Shown piece by piece: positions 18,924 to 20,000 of a DNA stretch of 20,000 nt. The notes beneath the pieces are model-generated. The model had not been told where the DNA came from. It made no database searches and was given only the letters and a program-made list of their open reading frames with translations. Origin of the DNA: Lophium mytilinum (taxonomy: Eukaryota); the NCBI GenBank assembly GCA_010093605.1, contig MU004193.1:1608279-1628278 (forward strand), written 5' to 3'. Every line of letters begins with the position of its first letter. Within the stretch, counting starts at the first letter, position 1. Made by a program: the position numbers and the translations under genes.

Positions 18924-19123
18924 TATTAGGGCTTAAGGTTAGAATGTTAGAATTATTAGATTAAATAGTATTAATATTAATAAAAGATAAATATAAGAGA
19001 GAAAAAGGTTTCTAGGTTAGATGTTATAATAACCTAAAGGGCGGAGTAATATTTACCTATTCTATAGAGCCTCTATTATATAACCTCTAGTTATATATTA
19101 TACGTAATTATATAGCTATAATA
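18924..19123 (-). repeat. 5' LTR of the nested Gypsy element (200 bp)
   Basis: TATTAGGGC...GCTATAATA, matches the left LTR and is followed by the TSD GTTAT. Confidence 0.95.
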
Positions 19124-20000
19124 GTTATCTTCTAATATATTATTAAAATATTCTAAGCTATATTTAGAGTCTTCTTAGTTCTAAAACTTTATATAAGTAT
19201 TAATACATGTATTTACTAATCTATTACTATAAATAAGGTTCTTTAATACTTAATTAGTAGGCGTTTAAAGTATATAGATACTAAGAGGATAAGTAGTAAT
19301 AATCTTAAATAGACTAAACTATTTTACTCTAAATTTCCTCTTAACCTTATTTTAAAGAAGTATCTAGAAACTAATCTTCTATTAGGTAACTAGATACTTT
19401 TTAGATAGAGGTTATAGATTCTATAGGCCTACTATAATTACTTTCTTTAGTAGCTAATCTTCTACTAGTGCGCGCGCGTATTAAACTTTTCTAATGCGGG
19501 CTAAATAATACTCTAATTTAGCTTCTTTATCTATAGTTTTATTAAGAGCTAGTACTAAAGTATTATTAGGTACTTAAGGATATCTACTATATATAAGGTA
19601 GTAGGGAGTATAGCTATAGAAGGTATTTTAAGTATATATAAGAATATTCTCTAAAACTCTATTAAGCCTCTCTACCTTACTATTTACCTAAGGGTAATAT
19701 AGTATTATAATATTATAGCGGGTCTTAATAAGCTTTTATAGTACTATAATAACTTTAGAAAGAAAGTTTAAACTATTATTAGAAGTAAATACTACTAGAG
19801 GTCTATACTAGTAGTAGATTCTTTTATAGATATTACTATAGTCTTAGCTTAAGTATTAGAAAGCGTAGCAGCTTTAGGCTAACCTATAGTATAATTAATA
19901 GTAGTAATAATCTAGTAATTTCTATAGATTAATTATAGTAATCTACTAATTAAATTAATGCCCTATTTATTAAATAGATCTTAATCTTTAACCTAATAAA
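19124..20000 (-). mobile_element. Host Ty3/Gypsy retrotransposon relic: integrase core and GPF region (continues beyond the window)
   Basis: The minus strand reads LFNK*GINLISRLL...RNY*IITTINYTIG*P (PFDKWGIDLIGRLP...GNRWIITAIDYATGWP), FTSNNSLNF (SDNGSNF), LYYP*VNSKVERLNRVLENIL (PYHPQANGKVERLNG) and K*FSLFKII...LSIYIL*TP (KWFGPFKI...LGTY.L). It is clearly different from the integrase of the nested element. Confidence 0.9.

Larger units (their letters stand above)
10525..19123 (-). mobile_element. Full-length chromodomain-containing Ty3/Gypsy LTR retrotransposon (chromovirus), RIP-inactivated
   Basis: Direct LTRs at 10525-10671 and 18924-19123 with TAT...ATA ends (RIPped TGT...ACA). 5-bp TSD GTTAT at 10520-10524 and 19124-19128. 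Polypurine tract next to the left LTR. Domain order PR-RT-RH-IN-CHD on the minus strand. Confidence 0.95.
6850..20000. other. AT-rich, RIP-degenerated transposon block
   Basis: Abrupt drop in GC, near-absence of CpA/TpG, large excess of TpA, TAA/TAG stops in all frames, and no ORF of 60 aa or more in the supplied track beyond 6612. Confidence 0.96.

Noticed and set aside
6850..20000. Organellar insertion, AT-rich foreign DNA or alternative genetic code (many TAA/TAG)
   Set aside because: The specific CpA/TpG loss with TpA gain, and retroelement motifs recoverable by reversing transitions, are fully explained by RIP.

Overview
Filamentous ascomycete DNA spanning a sharp compartment border. 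Bases 1-~6800 have normal GC and carry four supportable genes: a 5'-truncated DHA1-type MFS transporter (+); a short, stand-alone HET-domain gene (-, one predicted intron); an intronless 436-aa secreted protein with several Kex2-type cleavage sites (+); and a divergent three-exon DUF427-like gene (-) whose first intron is hidden in-frame in the ORF track. From ~6850 to the end the DNA is AT-rich and saturated by repeat-induced point mutation (RIP). It contains a complete 8.6-kb chromodomain Ty3/Gypsy relic (10525-19123, - strand; 200-bp LTRs, GTTAT target-site duplication, polypurine tract, candidate self-priming PBS). That element is nested in the integrase tail of a second, different Gypsy element, which carries ~3 kb of unexplained coding-like sequence on its 3' side. 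All protein assignments come from motif recognition by eye, and the de-RIPped translations are inferences. The best novelty candidates are the secreted multi-module precursor, the divergent DUF427 gene and the extra 3' region of the host retrotransposon.
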